Assembly: GCA_047636995.1 (NCBI GenBank)
Contig: JBLIGQ010000012.1
Coordinates: forward strand, 5,797-69,796
Direction of reading: 5' to 3'
Length of the DNA: 64,000 nucleotides
Source of the DNA: Flavobacteriales bacterium
GTDB taxonomy: Bacteria; Bacteroidota; Bacteroidia; Flavobacteriales_D; Sanyastnellaceae
The position numbers and the translations under genes were made by a program. Each line of letters begins with the position of its first letter. Positions within the stretch are counted from its first letter, which is position 1. Shown in pieces: positions 36,923 to 46,110 of the stretch. A model generated the notes under the pieces. The model did not search any database, had not been told where the DNA came from, and saw only the letters and a list, made by a program, of their open reading frames with translations.

Positions 36923-37586
36923 GAATTAAAAAGAATTTTCATCAAAAGTCGCTATTCAGCAACGAAATTTCAAATTTCACACTCACTATTCACTATCGTT
37001 AACGCTTCCGTTAGTCATAAATAACATGAATGACCATTTTAAAATTGTTTTTCAGACAAAGGTTTGACAAGATTTAAGGAAGGATTTACAAATTTGAATA
37101 AACCTTAGACCGAAGAAGAAAGCCTTCCTGCGTAGGAGAAATTTGCCAGAGAACTACCATTTCTCAAGTTGAAACAGCTCTTTCTCAGCTTTGCATTGCC
37201 CTTCCATCTGTTCAAAATAGCTCCCGATGAAGAGATTGCTGCGCTTCGCGAAAAACTAAAAGAAGACAAGACGTCTACCCAGGTTTTAAACACGCTCGTC
37301 AAATATGCAGGCATTCAAGAATCCTTGAGTTCGTAGCATTTTGTGTTGTAGGACATTGAACACGAAGTACCCATGGTACCATCAATTGAACTGCGCTCGG
37401 CAAACGTAAACCCGATGAGCGAACAAGTTGACCACTTCACCTTTGAGGACCTAAAACTTACGACTACAAGCTAAAACCAGACGTTCACAAATCCAATGTT
37501 GACAGTGAAGTTATCCTTTCTATCTTCGTTTCAAAAGCACGAAACTTCCTTCTTTATAGTTCTAAAGTTACCGTTCAACAAAATTC

Positions 37587-39938
37587 ATGAAACATCTTTT
37601 TTCTTTATTCATTGTCTTCTGGGGCTTATTGGCTTTCGGACAGTCTTCGAAAATCACCATTAGCGGAACACTCACAGACGCTAAAACAGGGGAAGAGCTT
37701 ATTGGAGCAACTGTATTTGAAACGAAACAATTGGTTGGGGCGGGCTCCAATATTTACGGCTTTTACAGCCTTACATTAAACGCAGATTCCGTAGAGCTCA
37801 TTTTTAGTTATGTTGGGTACCAGACTGAGAGGAAGAAGCTTTTACTTTCAAGCAGTCTTCGCCTCAATGTGGCCTTGTCACCAGGCACCTTGCTTGATGA
37901 GGCCATTATTTCATCTGAACAAGGAGAGCAGATTCAAGAGCAAACTCAGATGAGCACCATGGATTTAGACATGCTCAAGGTAGAGCAACTCCCTGTTCTT
38001 TTGGGCGAACGGGACATCATGAAAACCATTCAACTTTTGCCTGGTGTTCAGTCAGGAACAGAAGGAGCCAGCGGACTATACGTTCGGGGTGGCGGACCTG
38101 ACCAGAACCTCATCTTACTTGATGGTGTTCCTGTTTACAATGCCTCTCACCTTTTCGGTTTCTTTTCAGTCTTCAACTCAGATGCCATTCGAAATGTAGA
38201 AATCATCAAAGGAGGCTTCCCCGCGCGCTATGGCGGAAGAACAAGTTCCGTTATAGATATCCGCATGAAAGAAGGGAACATGAAAGAGTTCCACGGCGAA
38301 GGCTCTATTGGAATTATAGCTTCAAAGCTGACTTTGCAAGGCCCAATCAAGAAAGATAAAACTTCATTTCTTGTAAGTGCCCGACGAACGTATATTGACC
38401 TACTGGCGAGACCTTTCATCTCAGCGGCAGGAAATGGGGAACGCGGGGGGTATTACTTCTATGATGTGAATGCAAAGCTCAACCATATCATCAATGCAGA
38501 TAACCGACTTTTCTTAAGTAGTTATTTCGGGAAAGATCGAGCCTATTTTGGTTTTGACAATAGCGATGTGGGTGATTTTCAGGAATCAAATGATGCCGAG
38601 CTAGCTTGGGGAAATCAAATTGTAGCATTGCGCTGGAACCACATTCACAATTCACGTGCTTTTAGTAATGTAACCGGCACTTATAGTAACTACGGCTTCT
38701 TAGTTGGCAATAAATTCACAAGCACAAGTCCTCTAGGTACTGAGAGAACTGAACTTCGCTATGAATCAGGCATTCGTGATTTTGGTGTTAAATGGGATCT
38801 TGACTTTATTCCGTCTCCAAGTCAATACTGGAAAATGGGAGGTGGATATACCTACCACACCTTTACTCCAGGGATGAATGTCTTTGAAATTGAAAATCCG
38901 GAAGCCAGTCTTGATACTTCTTTTGGATCTAGCACGGTATACGCCCACGAGATTCAGGCTTACATTGAAAACGACTGGAAGATTACGGAAAAGCTGAAGA
39001 TCAATGTCGGCCTTCATTTTGGAGGCTTCTCTGTTAATGATAAATTCTACACTTCTCTTCAGCCAAGGTTGAGTGGAAGGTATTTGCTGAACGAAAAAAC
39101 ATCTATCAAAGCCTCTTATGCTAGAATGACACAGTTCATTCACCTCCTCACAAACGTTTCAATTGGTCTACCTACAGATTTATGGCTCCCAGCAACAGAC
39201 AATGTTCGTCCACAAGGAAGTGACCAAATAGCCTTGGGAATGGCCACAAGCCTGAAGAATAATTTTCAATTCTCTGCTGAGATCTATTACAAGTGGATGA
39301 CCAATTTAATTGAATATAAAGATGGAGCTTCGTTTCAAGGAAGTGGAGAAAACTGGGAGAACCTCGTAGAAGTTGGAAAAGGAAATGCCTACGGATTAGA
39401 ATTGCTGCTGGAAAAGAAATCTGGAAAAATAACAGGCTGGGTTGGCTATACCTTAAGTTGGACTAACAGAGAGTTTGAAAATTTGAACTTCGGTGAACCA
39501 TTCCCATATCGTTTTGACAGAAGGCATGATATTGGCCTTGCTTTGTCTTACCATATCAATGACCATATTGACATGGGATTTGTTTGGGTTTATGGGACAG
39601 GGAATGCAGTTACACTTGGAACAACAACCTTTAGCACCTTGACGAATAACCCAAGTGTATTCGGAAACAATGAGTTGTTTTTCGCTCCTCCAGCTGAATA
39701 CTTTGAAGAACGAAATGATTTCAGAATGCCCGCATATCACAGACTTGATGTAGGCATCAATTTGCACAAAGAAACCAAGTTTGGTGAACGCACATGGAGT
39801 TTCGGTCTATACAATATGTACAATAGACAAAACCCATTCTTTTTATACTTCGGTTCAAATGGCGCAGGCGAACAAGGTCTTTTTCAAATTAGTCTTTTCC
39901 CAGTTCTTCCTTCATTTACTTACTCTTTCAAATTTTAA
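37587..39938 (+). CDS. TonB-dependent receptor
   Basis: Signal peptide. CarboxypepD_reg-like ISGTLTDAKTGEELIGATV. Plug (IMKTIQLLPGVQSGTEGASGLYVRGGGPDQNLILLDGVPVYN). C-terminal barrel ending in SFTYSFKF. Confidence 0.88.
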   Translation: MKHLFSLFIVFWGLLAFGQSSKITISGTLTDAKTGEELIGATVFETKQLVGAGSNIYGFYSLTLNADSVELIFSYVGYQTERKKLLLSSSLRLNVALSPGTLLDEAIISSEQGEQIQEQTQMSTMDLDMLKVEQLPVLLGERDIMKTIQLLPGVQSGTEGASGLYVRGGGPDQNLILLDGVPVYNASHLFGFFSVFNSDAIRNVEIIKGGFPARYGGRTSSVIDIRMKEGNMKEFHGEGSIGIIASKLTLQGPIKKDKTSFLVSARRTYIDLLARPFISAAGNGERGGYYFYDVNAKLNHIINADNRLFLSSYFGKDRAYFGFDNSDVGDFQESNDAELAWGNQIVALRWNHIHNSRAFSNVTGTYSNYGFLVGNKFTSTSPLGTERTELRYESGIRDFGVKWDLDFIPSPSQYWKMGGGYTYHTFTPGMNVFEIENPEASLDTSFGSSTVYAHEIQAYIENDWKITEKLKINVGLHFGGFSVNDKFYTSLQPRLSGRYLLNEKTSIKASYARMTQFIHLLTNVSIGLPTDLWLPATDNVRPQGSDQIALGMATSLKNNFQFSAEIYYKWMTNLIEYKDGASFQGSGENWENLVEVGKGNAYGLELLLEKKSGKITGWVGYTLSWTNREFENLNFGEPFPYRFDRRHDIGLALSYHINDHIDMGFVWVYGTGNAVTLGTTTFSTLTNNPSVFGNNELFFAPPAEYFEERNDFRMPAYHRLDVGINLHKETKFGERTWSFGLYNMYNRQNPFFLYFGSNGAGEQGLFQISLFPVLPSFTYSFKF

Positions 39939-39941
39939 GAC

Positions 39942-40796
39942 ATGAACTATTTTCTTTTCACCTTGATCTGCTGCTTGAGTTTAACCTCCTGCCAAAAAGA
40001 GATTCCATTCGACATTGATGATGACGGAAAAAAGATCGTGCTCAACAGCTTCATTGGCCCAAACATGGAAAGTGTGGTTGTCTATTTATCTCAAAGCCAG
40101 AGCGTCATTAGCAGCACACCCATTCAGGTTATATCGAACGCAACGGTTCAGCTCTTTAAGAACGGCACTAATCTGGGTAACATGGTAAGTGACGGAGATG
40201 GTAAATTCACTTTAGAACACACTCCAGAAGCAGGAGCAACTTACAGAGTAGAGGCTTCAGCTGAGGGACTAGATCCTGTTCACGCAGAAACAAGAATCCC
40301 AAATGAGCCTGTAATTGCTTCGGTTAGTACTGCCGAATTGTTTGAGCAAGAATTCTCTTTTGAGTTGGTTCTTTCTGATAACGGAAATCAAGAGAATTAT
40401 TACCAATTATTGATGGTTATACTTGATGACGTTGGCGGAAATCCTTCAATCATCAGTTTCTCAACGAACTCACCTCTGTTGGCCAATCAGGGCAACCCAT
40501 TTGGCGGGGAGGAAGATGGTACAGAATACTTTTATACAGGTGCCTTCTTCACAGATGATGCCTTCAGCGGTGAAAGTATATCCCTTGACCTATCAGCATT
40601 TTATACTTCATCAACAACGGCCATACAATATCTAAGTTGTACTGAAGAATACTACCTCTACAAGCTCACCTTAGAAAATTTCTATGAAAACAATGATAAT
40701 CCGTTTGCACAACCTGTTCAGATTTATTCAAATATTGAGGGCGGATTGGGAATCTTCGCCGGGTATTCTTTTGACCAAGTGAACATCTTCAATTGA
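39942..40796 (+). CDS. DUF4249 family lipoprotein
   Basis: Lipobox LSLTSC. C-terminal SNIEGGLGIFAGYS block. It sits directly after a TonB-dependent receptor, as is usual for DUF4249. Confidence 0.65.
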   Translation: MNYFLFTLICCLSLTSCQKEIPFDIDDDGKKIVLNSFIGPNMESVVVYLSQSQSVISSTPIQVISNATVQLFKNGTNLGNMVSDGDGKFTLEHTPEAGATYRVEASAEGLDPVHAETRIPNEPVIASVSTAELFEQEFSFELVLSDNGNQENYYQLLMVILDDVGGNPSIISFSTNSPLLANQGNPFGGEEDGTEYFYTGAFFTDDAFSGESISLDLSAFYTSSTTAIQYLSCTEEYYLYKLTLENFYENNDNPFAQPVQIYSNIEGGLGIFAGYSFDQVNIFN

Positions 40797-40870
40797 TCCC
40801 GTTTTTTTTTAGATTCCAAGACGCACTCCAAGTGCAAATTGCCATCTTTGTGCAATCTATAGTTGTTAGA

Positions 40871-41728
40871 ATGAGATTAGTACTGTTGATCATGGCTGTT
40901 TTTACTGTTGGCGCTAGCGTGAGTGCACAAACGCCATTGACGAAAAAAAACAATAAAGGAAGGTTTTACGCCTATTGGGGCTGGAACCGTGCATTGTATT
41001 CTAACTCAGACATTCATTTCACGGGGGACGGTTACGACTTCACTCTTTTGGGAGTGCGTGCCAATGATCGTCAAAGTGAATTTGGTTTAACCCCTTTTTT
41101 TCAACTTGGAACCATTACCATTCCACAAACGAATTTTCGTCTGGGCTACTATTTTAATGATAAATGGAGTGTCTCAGGAGCTGATGACCACATGAAGTAT
41201 GTGATGGTCAAGAACCAGACGGCCGTTATTGATGGCTCTATTTCAGGCTCTAACACAGATTATGACGGAGATTACAATGAAGACCACTTATTGCTTTCCC
41301 CTGATTTCCTCCGCTACGAACACACCGATGGCTTGAACTACATAAATGTAGAATTGAGAAGGCATTTTGAAGTTTACAATTATAAAAATTTAAACAAATT
41401 TTCTGTAAATGCATTTGCAGGTGGCGGACTAGGCTTTCTGATGCCTAAAACCAATGCTACTTTACTTGCGAATGAGCGCCATGATGAATTTCATCTTGCA
41501 GGATGGGGAAGTGGCTTGGTGGCAGGATTAGACCTCACTTTCTGGCAAGTTTTCTTTGTACAAATAGAAACCAAGGGAGGTTACATTTCAATGCCTAACA
41601 TTCGGACTACCCAATTTAAAGCAGACAAAGCGAGTCAGAATTTCTTCTACTGGCAGTCTGTATTTTGTTTTGGAGGCAAATTCGGATTCAACAAAAAGGA
41701 AAAATCTGTTATTCCCGCAATAAAGTAA
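40871..41728 (+). CDS. Hypothetical outer-membrane protein (beta-barrel-like)
   Basis: Signal peptide MRLVLLIMAVFTVGASVSAQ from ATG 40871. Alternating aromatic/Gly-rich strands. No family recognised. Confidence 0.55.
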   Translation: MRLVLLIMAVFTVGASVSAQTPLTKKNNKGRFYAYWGWNRALYSNSDIHFTGDGYDFTLLGVRANDRQSEFGLTPFFQLGTITIPQTNFRLGYYFNDKWSVSGADDHMKYVMVKNQTAVIDGSISGSNTDYDGDYNEDHLLLSPDFLRYEHTDGLNYINVELRRHFEVYNYKNLNKFSVNAFAGGGLGFLMPKTNATLLANERHDEFHLAGWGSGLVAGLDLTFWQVFFVQIETKGGYISMPNIRTTQFKADKASQNFFYWQSVFCFGGKFGFNKKEKSVIPAIK

Positions 41729-41761
41729 AGTTGTAAATTGATCTCTAACCAAAAAGGAATC

Positions 41762-42100
41762 ATGGCTTACAACGAATTTCTTGCAGACCGCATTCGACGG
41801 TTTTTCTCAGATCAAAAAGTCCCTACGAAAGAACAGAAAATGATGGGAGGCCTCTGCTTCATGGTAGATGATAAAATGTGCTGTGGGGTTGTAGGAGATG
41901 AGTTCATGGGACGCATTGGCGAAGCATCAGAACGCGACATGCAAGACCTGGAAGGTTGCAGACCAATGGATTTTGCGGGAAAACGAATGAGAGGCTATGT
42001 CTTTGTTTCTGCTGAAGGAGTAGACAACGAAGATGATCTTGATCAATGGTTAGAAGCGTGTCTAGACTTCAACCCAAGGGCAGAATCAAGCAAGATATAG
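41762..42100 (+). CDS. TfoX/Sxy N-terminal domain protein
   Basis: MAYNEFLADRIRRFF.....EQKMMGGLCFMVDDKMCCGV....MGRIG matches the TfoX_N pattern. Confidence 0.7.
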   Translation: MAYNEFLADRIRRFFSDQKVPTKEQKMMGGLCFMVDDKMCCGVVGDEFMGRIGEASERDMQDLEGCRPMDFAGKRMRGYVFVSAEGVDNEDDLDQWLEACLDFNPRAESSKI

Positions 42101-42161
42101 CACTCAATCATCAATATATTTATTTAATTTTCAGCTACTTACGCTTTGTTTTCTGCAATGC

Positions 42162-42193
42162 TTGGAAGTAATAGATAAACTTAAATATCTTTG
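42162..42193 (+). promoter_or_regulatory. Bacteroidota-type sigma-A promoter for tRNA-Leu
   Basis: TTG (42162-42164), 21 nt, then TAtcTTTG (42186-42193). This lies 24 nt upstream of the mature tRNA 5' end. Confidence 0.4.
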
Positions 42194-42216
42194 CGCCTTG
42201 CTCAACCCAATATTTC

Positions 42217-42302
42217 GCCCGGATGGTGGAATTGGTAGACACGCAGGACTTAAAATCCTGTGGTCAGTAATGGCCGTGCGGGTTCGACCCCCGCTCCGGG
42301 TA
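42217..42302 (+). tRNA. tRNA-Leu (anticodon UAA), type II with long variable arm
   Basis: Acceptor GCCCGGA/TCCGGGT (G1:U72). Anticodon arm CAGGA-CTTAAAA-TCCTG. Variable stem GGTC/GGCC. T arm GCGGG-TTCGACC-CCCGC. Discriminator A. No encoded CCA. Confidence 0.93.
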
Positions 42303-42305
42303 CAG

Positions 42306-42339
42306 AAAGCCTTGTAGTTTTAGACTGCAGGGCTTTTTT
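42306..42339 (+). terminator. Intrinsic terminator after tRNA-Leu
   Basis: 12-bp stem aaagccttgtag / ctgcagggcttt (two G:U pairs) with loop ttttaga, followed by a T-run. Confidence 0.7.
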
Positions 42340-42628
42340 GTTGTCGCTCAGCAATGACTGAAGTAACCCACATCCATTACTCTTCCTCATTGCTATTAGA
42401 TAAATACCAGACGAAATGGGAGAAACAAGAAATAGCATGGAGCAATTGCCAGCAAGCCGCATAGACCTATGTCTCTTTTTTGTTCTGCTAAATGAGCGGT
42501 TCCTTAAGTTTCACGAAAAAAATGTAGAAGGACTAGTCCAAAAACCAAAGGCTCAAAAGCAAGTTGCAAATGCATCGCTTTCGCGCATGGCATGACTAAC
42601 CCTGAAACCTCACATCAAAATATTGGAA

Positions 42629-42659
42629 ACAAAAAAGCCACTCTTTCGAGTGGCTTTTA
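42629..42659 (-). terminator. Intrinsic terminator after tRNA-Gly
   Basis: Minus strand: aaaagccactc-gaaa-gagtggctttt followed by ttttgtttcc. Confidence 0.75.
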
Positions 42660-42664
42660 TCTTG

Positions 42665-42736
42665 AGCGAGAAACGAGATTCGAACTCGCGACCCCAACCT
42701 TGGCAAGGTTGTGCTCTACCACTGAGCTATTCTCGC
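42665..42736 (-). tRNA. tRNA-Gly (anticodon GCC)
   Basis: The reverse complement reads GCGAGAATAGCTCAGTGGTAGAGCACAACCTTGCCAAGGTTGGGGTCGCGAGTTCGAATCTCGTTTCTCGCT. It forms a cloverleaf with the anticodon loop CTTGCCAA. Confidence 0.93.
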
Positions 42737-42766
42737 GTGGTGCATTAATCTGCTCAAGAGCGGGAG

Positions 42767-42796
42767 CAAATTTAACACATATTTTTATTCTGTCAA
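42767..42796 (-). promoter_or_regulatory. Consensus Bacteroidota sigma-A promoter for tRNA-Gly
   Basis: The minus strand reads TTGacagaataaaaatatgtgtTAaaTTTG, which is exactly TTG-N19-TAnnTTTG. It lies 30 nt upstream of the tRNA 5' end. Confidence 0.6.
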
Positions 42797-42838
42797 GCAA
42801 GTATGCAAAATGAGGTGTGCTTTTTTTCTCTAAAGGCG

Positions 42839-44074
42839 TTAAACTAGTTCGTTTTCAGCTAAATAGGAAACAACTTGAAGTGTAGCTCCTGATCGCTCAG
42901 CAACATATGCTTTTGCTTTCGCTCCTCTCTCCTTCCGCTGAACATCATCACTCACAAGGGATTCCAGCACATTCGTCAATTTATGCGGTTCTTGAACGCA
43001 AACGGCTCCCCCATTTGCGATAAGCCCTTTAGCTTCTATGAATTTCTCATAATTGGGACCAAAAACAACCGGGACTCCATATACAGCAGCTTCCAATGTA
43101 TTGTGAATTCCAGCACCAAATCCTCCTCCTATTAATGCAATGTCTGCTTCGCGAAAAATGCGACTTAATAGCCCCATCTGGTCAACGAGTAAAACTTGCC
43201 TTGATTCAGCTATCCCTCTATTTATTCCTGAAAACCGCGAAATCATGTTTCCAAACGAAGCTTCTATTTGCTGCAAATGACCTTCGCCAATTTCATGGGG
43301 AACAATCACTAATTTGACAGATGGATTCCCTTTCGCAAAAGTTAACAATGCCTTTTCTTCAGGCCCCCAGCTGCTGCCTGCAACAACACATACTGATTCA
43401 CCTTTGAAGGTTTTAACCATTTCAACCGAAAAGGAATGTGCTGCGATATCTAGCACACGGTCAAAACGTGTGTCACCACTCAAATCAGCAGAGATCCCAA
43501 TTTGCTTCGCCAAAACACAACTCTCTTCATTTTGCATAAAGGCGTGAGAAAAAGCTTTCATTCTTGAACGAAACCAACCACCGTATGGCTTTAAAAACAC
43601 ATGCGAAGGACGAAAAATCCCGCTCACAAGCACTGTTGGAACGTTCTTCTGCTTTAAGACTCCAAGTAAATTCATCCAGAACTCATACTTGACGAAAAGT
43701 GCTACTCTCGGATTGAGCAACTGAACAAAATCAACCGCATTTTTCTGGGTATCTAAGGGCAGGTATAAAACCACATCAGCTCCTTCCCAGTCTTTACGCA
43801 TCTCAAAACCAGACGGGGAAAAAAAAGTAAGTACAATTGGTGTTTCAGGAAAACGCTTGCGCAATGCTTCAAGGACCGGTCTGCCCTGTTCGAATTCACC
43901 AAGCGATGCACTATGAAGCCAGATAGGACGCTCAATACCGCGCAGCTTTTCAGCGTACTGATTGCGCCAATCTTTTCGCCCTGAAATCCACAGCTTTGCT
44001 TTTGGGTTGAACAAGGCTGCCAGACGTAAGATCAAGCCATAAAAGTAAATACCGAACTGATAAAAAAAACCCAT
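42839..44074 (-). CDS. waaA: 3-deoxy-D-manno-octulosonic acid (Kdo) transferase
   Basis: WLHSASLGEFEQGRPVLEAL and GGSFG-like GGGFGAGIHNTLEAAVYGVPVVFGP blocks. Start taken at MGFFYQFG (ATG 44074-44072), which forms an ATGA overlap with the upstream gene's stop. Confidence 0.85.
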   Translation of the reverse strand: MGFFYQFGIYFYGLILRLAALFNPKAKLWISGRKDWRNQYAEKLRGIERPIWLHSASLGEFEQGRPVLEALRKRFPETPIVLTFFSPSGFEMRKDWEGADVVLYLPLDTQKNAVDFVQLLNPRVALFVKYEFWMNLLGVLKQKNVPTVLVSGIFRPSHVFLKPYGGWFRSRMKAFSHAFMQNEESCVLAKQIGISADLSGDTRFDRVLDIAAHSFSVEMVKTFKGESVCVVAGSSWGPEEKALLTFAKGNPSVKLVIVPHEIGEGHLQQIEASFGNMISRFSGINRGIAESRQVLLVDQMGLLSRIFREADIALIGGGFGAGIHNTLEAAVYGVPVVFGPNYEKFIEAKGLIANGGAVCVQEPHKLTNVLESLVSDDVQRKERGAKAKAYVAERSGATLQVVSYLAENELV

Positions 44075-44826
44075 CAATCGTAGTAAAATTCTCTTCCTGT
44101 ACGTTTGTACATATGAATTACCCACCCCACTTTAAAGCCATAAAGAATATCTGTTCTGGGAGCATTATCTTTTACCTGAGTGTCAAAGTTCAGCTCTCTT
44201 CGTCCCCTTGTGAATCCTTCATAAAACTCGAATCCCGCGTAAAAATTCGAAAGCTTGTTATCGCTCATATGGAAGTAGCCTAAAAACTGACTAAAAACAA
44301 TTCCATTGGTCAACCGATCATACCCTTTGATGTACTCCCCTTCAAGTTGAGTAACAAGATCTTCTTGCGTCTCAAGTCGAATCTTATGCTGCATCAATCC
44401 GACACCGCCTTTGATCATGATACCTGAATTCGGATTGGAATTTTTCAATGAGAGAATCTTTCCAACGTTCACAGTGGTGATTGACCCTCTTTCTAGAATC
44501 AGCACTTTTGCCAAACCGCCTTCATTGTTTATGATGAATCCTCCATCAGTGGTGAGGTTTTGCATTAGCCCTTCTTCATTCACTTGCTTCCCGAAGAGGT
44601 AGCTCCACTCAGCTCCAAAAATCCAGTTTTTCTTTGTTTTCAAATGAAAAGCCAATCCAACTGCAGAATTCACGCCGAAACGCTGTTCCATATCGGCTGC
44701 TGGAAGTTGCAAACCATAGTTGAAACTAATGTGAGGACTGAAAACCACAGAATCGCGAACGTTACGCTGTGCAGAAGCTGAATTAGAAATCAGAAAAAAC
44801 CCAACGCTCACGAACAAAGCGAACAT
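44074..44826 (-). CDS. Hypothetical outer-membrane beta-barrel protein
   Basis: Signal peptide MFALFVSVGFFLISNSASAQ from ATG 44826. Alternating hydrophobic strands with Gly/aromatic residues. Confidence 0.55.
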   Translation of the reverse strand: MFALFVSVGFFLISNSASAQRNVRDSVVFSPHISFNYGLQLPAADMEQRFGVNSAVGLAFHLKTKKNWIFGAEWSYLFGKQVNEEGLMQNLTTDGGFIINNEGGLAKVLILERGSITTVNVGKILSLKNSNPNSGIMIKGGVGLMQHKIRLETQEDLVTQLEGEYIKGYDRLTNGIVFSQFLGYFHMSDNKLSNFYAGFEFYEGFTRGRRELNFDTQVKDNAPRTDILYGFKVGWVIHMYKRTGREFYYD

Positions 44827-44967
44827 GGTAGGGCATAGCGTGCAGATGTAAAGGTTTCTCATAGAAAGAATTAACAAGTTCAAATTTAGGTCAAATCCTA
44901 CTTCCTACAAAGGATGCAAGTGCACTAAATGGCTTATATTTGCATCGATTTTGAGCTATCGTTATTT

Positions 44968-46110
44968 ATGAGTGACATTCAAATGGTTGACCTTAATGGT
45001 CAATATCAACACATACAAACGGAAATCGACCAAGCAGTTTTGGACGTGATTCGTTCTACAGCGTACATCAATGGTCCTGAAGTAAAGTCTTTTCAGTCTG
45101 AACTGGAAACGTACTTGAACATCAAACACGTTATACCTTGCGCTAACGGAACAGATGCCTTGCAAATTGCCATGATGGCCTTGGATTTAAAACCAGGAGA
45201 TGAAGTAATTACTCCCAATTTCACGTTCATCGCAACTGTGGAGGTAATTGCACTTCTTGGACTGAAGCCTGTAATTGTAGAAGTGGATCCACATACTTTC
45301 AACATGGATCCAGAGGCGGTCAAAGCGGCCATCACATCAAAAACCAAAGTAATTGCGCCTGTGCATCTATTCGGACAGTGTGCAGATATGGACTCAATTT
45401 TGGCCATTGCTAAGGAACACAACCTTTTTGTAATAGAAGATACGGCACAGGCTATTTCTTCGCATTATACATTGGGAAATGGCGACACGCACAGAGCGGG
45501 AACCATGGGTGATTTTGGATGTACAAGCTTTTTCCCATCAAAAAATTTAGGCTGTTTTGGAGATGGAGGAGCGCTTTACACAAACAATGATGAGCTTGCT
45601 GAAAAAGCGAGGCAAGTAGCAAACCACGGAATGAAAGTGCGCTACCATCATGATTTTGTTGGTGTAAACTCTAGGCTTGACAGTATACAAGCTGCAATCC
45701 TGCGCATCAAACTTCGTCACCTGGATTCATACTGCCAAGCTCGAATCAACGCAGCTGACTTTTACGACCAAGCTTTCGCTAACATCGAAGAACTGCAAAC
45801 ACCCGTTCGCGACAGCAAATCAACACACACGTTTCATCAGTACACGCTGAAAACGAAAAAAATTGATAGAACAGGGCTCCAAAGTCACCTCATGAGCCAA
45901 GGAATCCCTGCAATGATATACTACCCAATTCCTCTGCACGTTCAAGTAGCGTTCAAAGACTTGGGCTATCAAAAGGGAGATTTCCCGGTAACAGAACAAT
46001 TGTGCCTCGAGGTAATTAGCTTGCCAATGCACACTGAACTATCAGAAGAACAGCTTGTTCGCATCACGTCAGCTGTAATCGAATACATTGAACAACACCG
46101 AACATCATGA
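44968..46110 (+). CDS. DegT/DnrJ/EryC1/StrS family PLP-dependent sugar aminotransferase (WbpE/ArnB-like)
   Basis: MVDLNGQYQ, INGPEV, ANGTDALQIA, EDTAQA and the PLP-lysine context SFFPSKNLG. Confidence 0.88.
   Translation: MSDIQMVDLNGQYQHIQTEIDQAVLDVIRSTAYINGPEVKSFQSELETYLNIKHVIPCANGTDALQIAMMALDLKPGDEVITPNFTFIATVEVIALLGLKPVIVEVDPHTFNMDPEAVKAAITSKTKVIAPVHLFGQCADMDSILAIAKEHNLFVIEDTAQAISSHYTLGNGDTHRAGTMGDFGCTSFFPSKNLGCFGDGGALYTNNDELAEKARQVANHGMKVRYHHDFVGVNSRLDSIQAAILRIKLRHLDSYCQARINAADFYDQAFANIEELQTPVRDSKSTHTFHQYTLKTKKIDRTGLQSHLMSQGIPAMIYYPIPLHVQVAFKDLGYQKGDFPVTEQLCLEVISLPMHTELSEEQLVRITSAVIEYIEQHRTS

Noticed and set aside
36923-37586. There might be a cobalamin or TPP riboswitch upstream of the TonB-dependent receptor.
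   Set aside because: I could not find the B12 box (gccactg-like) or the TPP ctgaga core or their flanking conserved helices. This needs cmscan to be definitive.
42340-42628. The 290-bp spacer between the convergent tRNA genes might be an integration scar or att site.
   Set aside because: There is no direct repeat of either tRNA 3' end, and no integrase or mobile gene nearby. Both tRNAs have their own promoters and terminators.
42250-42813. The track lists ORFs 42250-42462 (minus) and 42592-42813 (plus).
   Set aside because: Both run through the tRNA-Leu or tRNA-Gly genes and their terminators. They are artefacts of the ORF finder.
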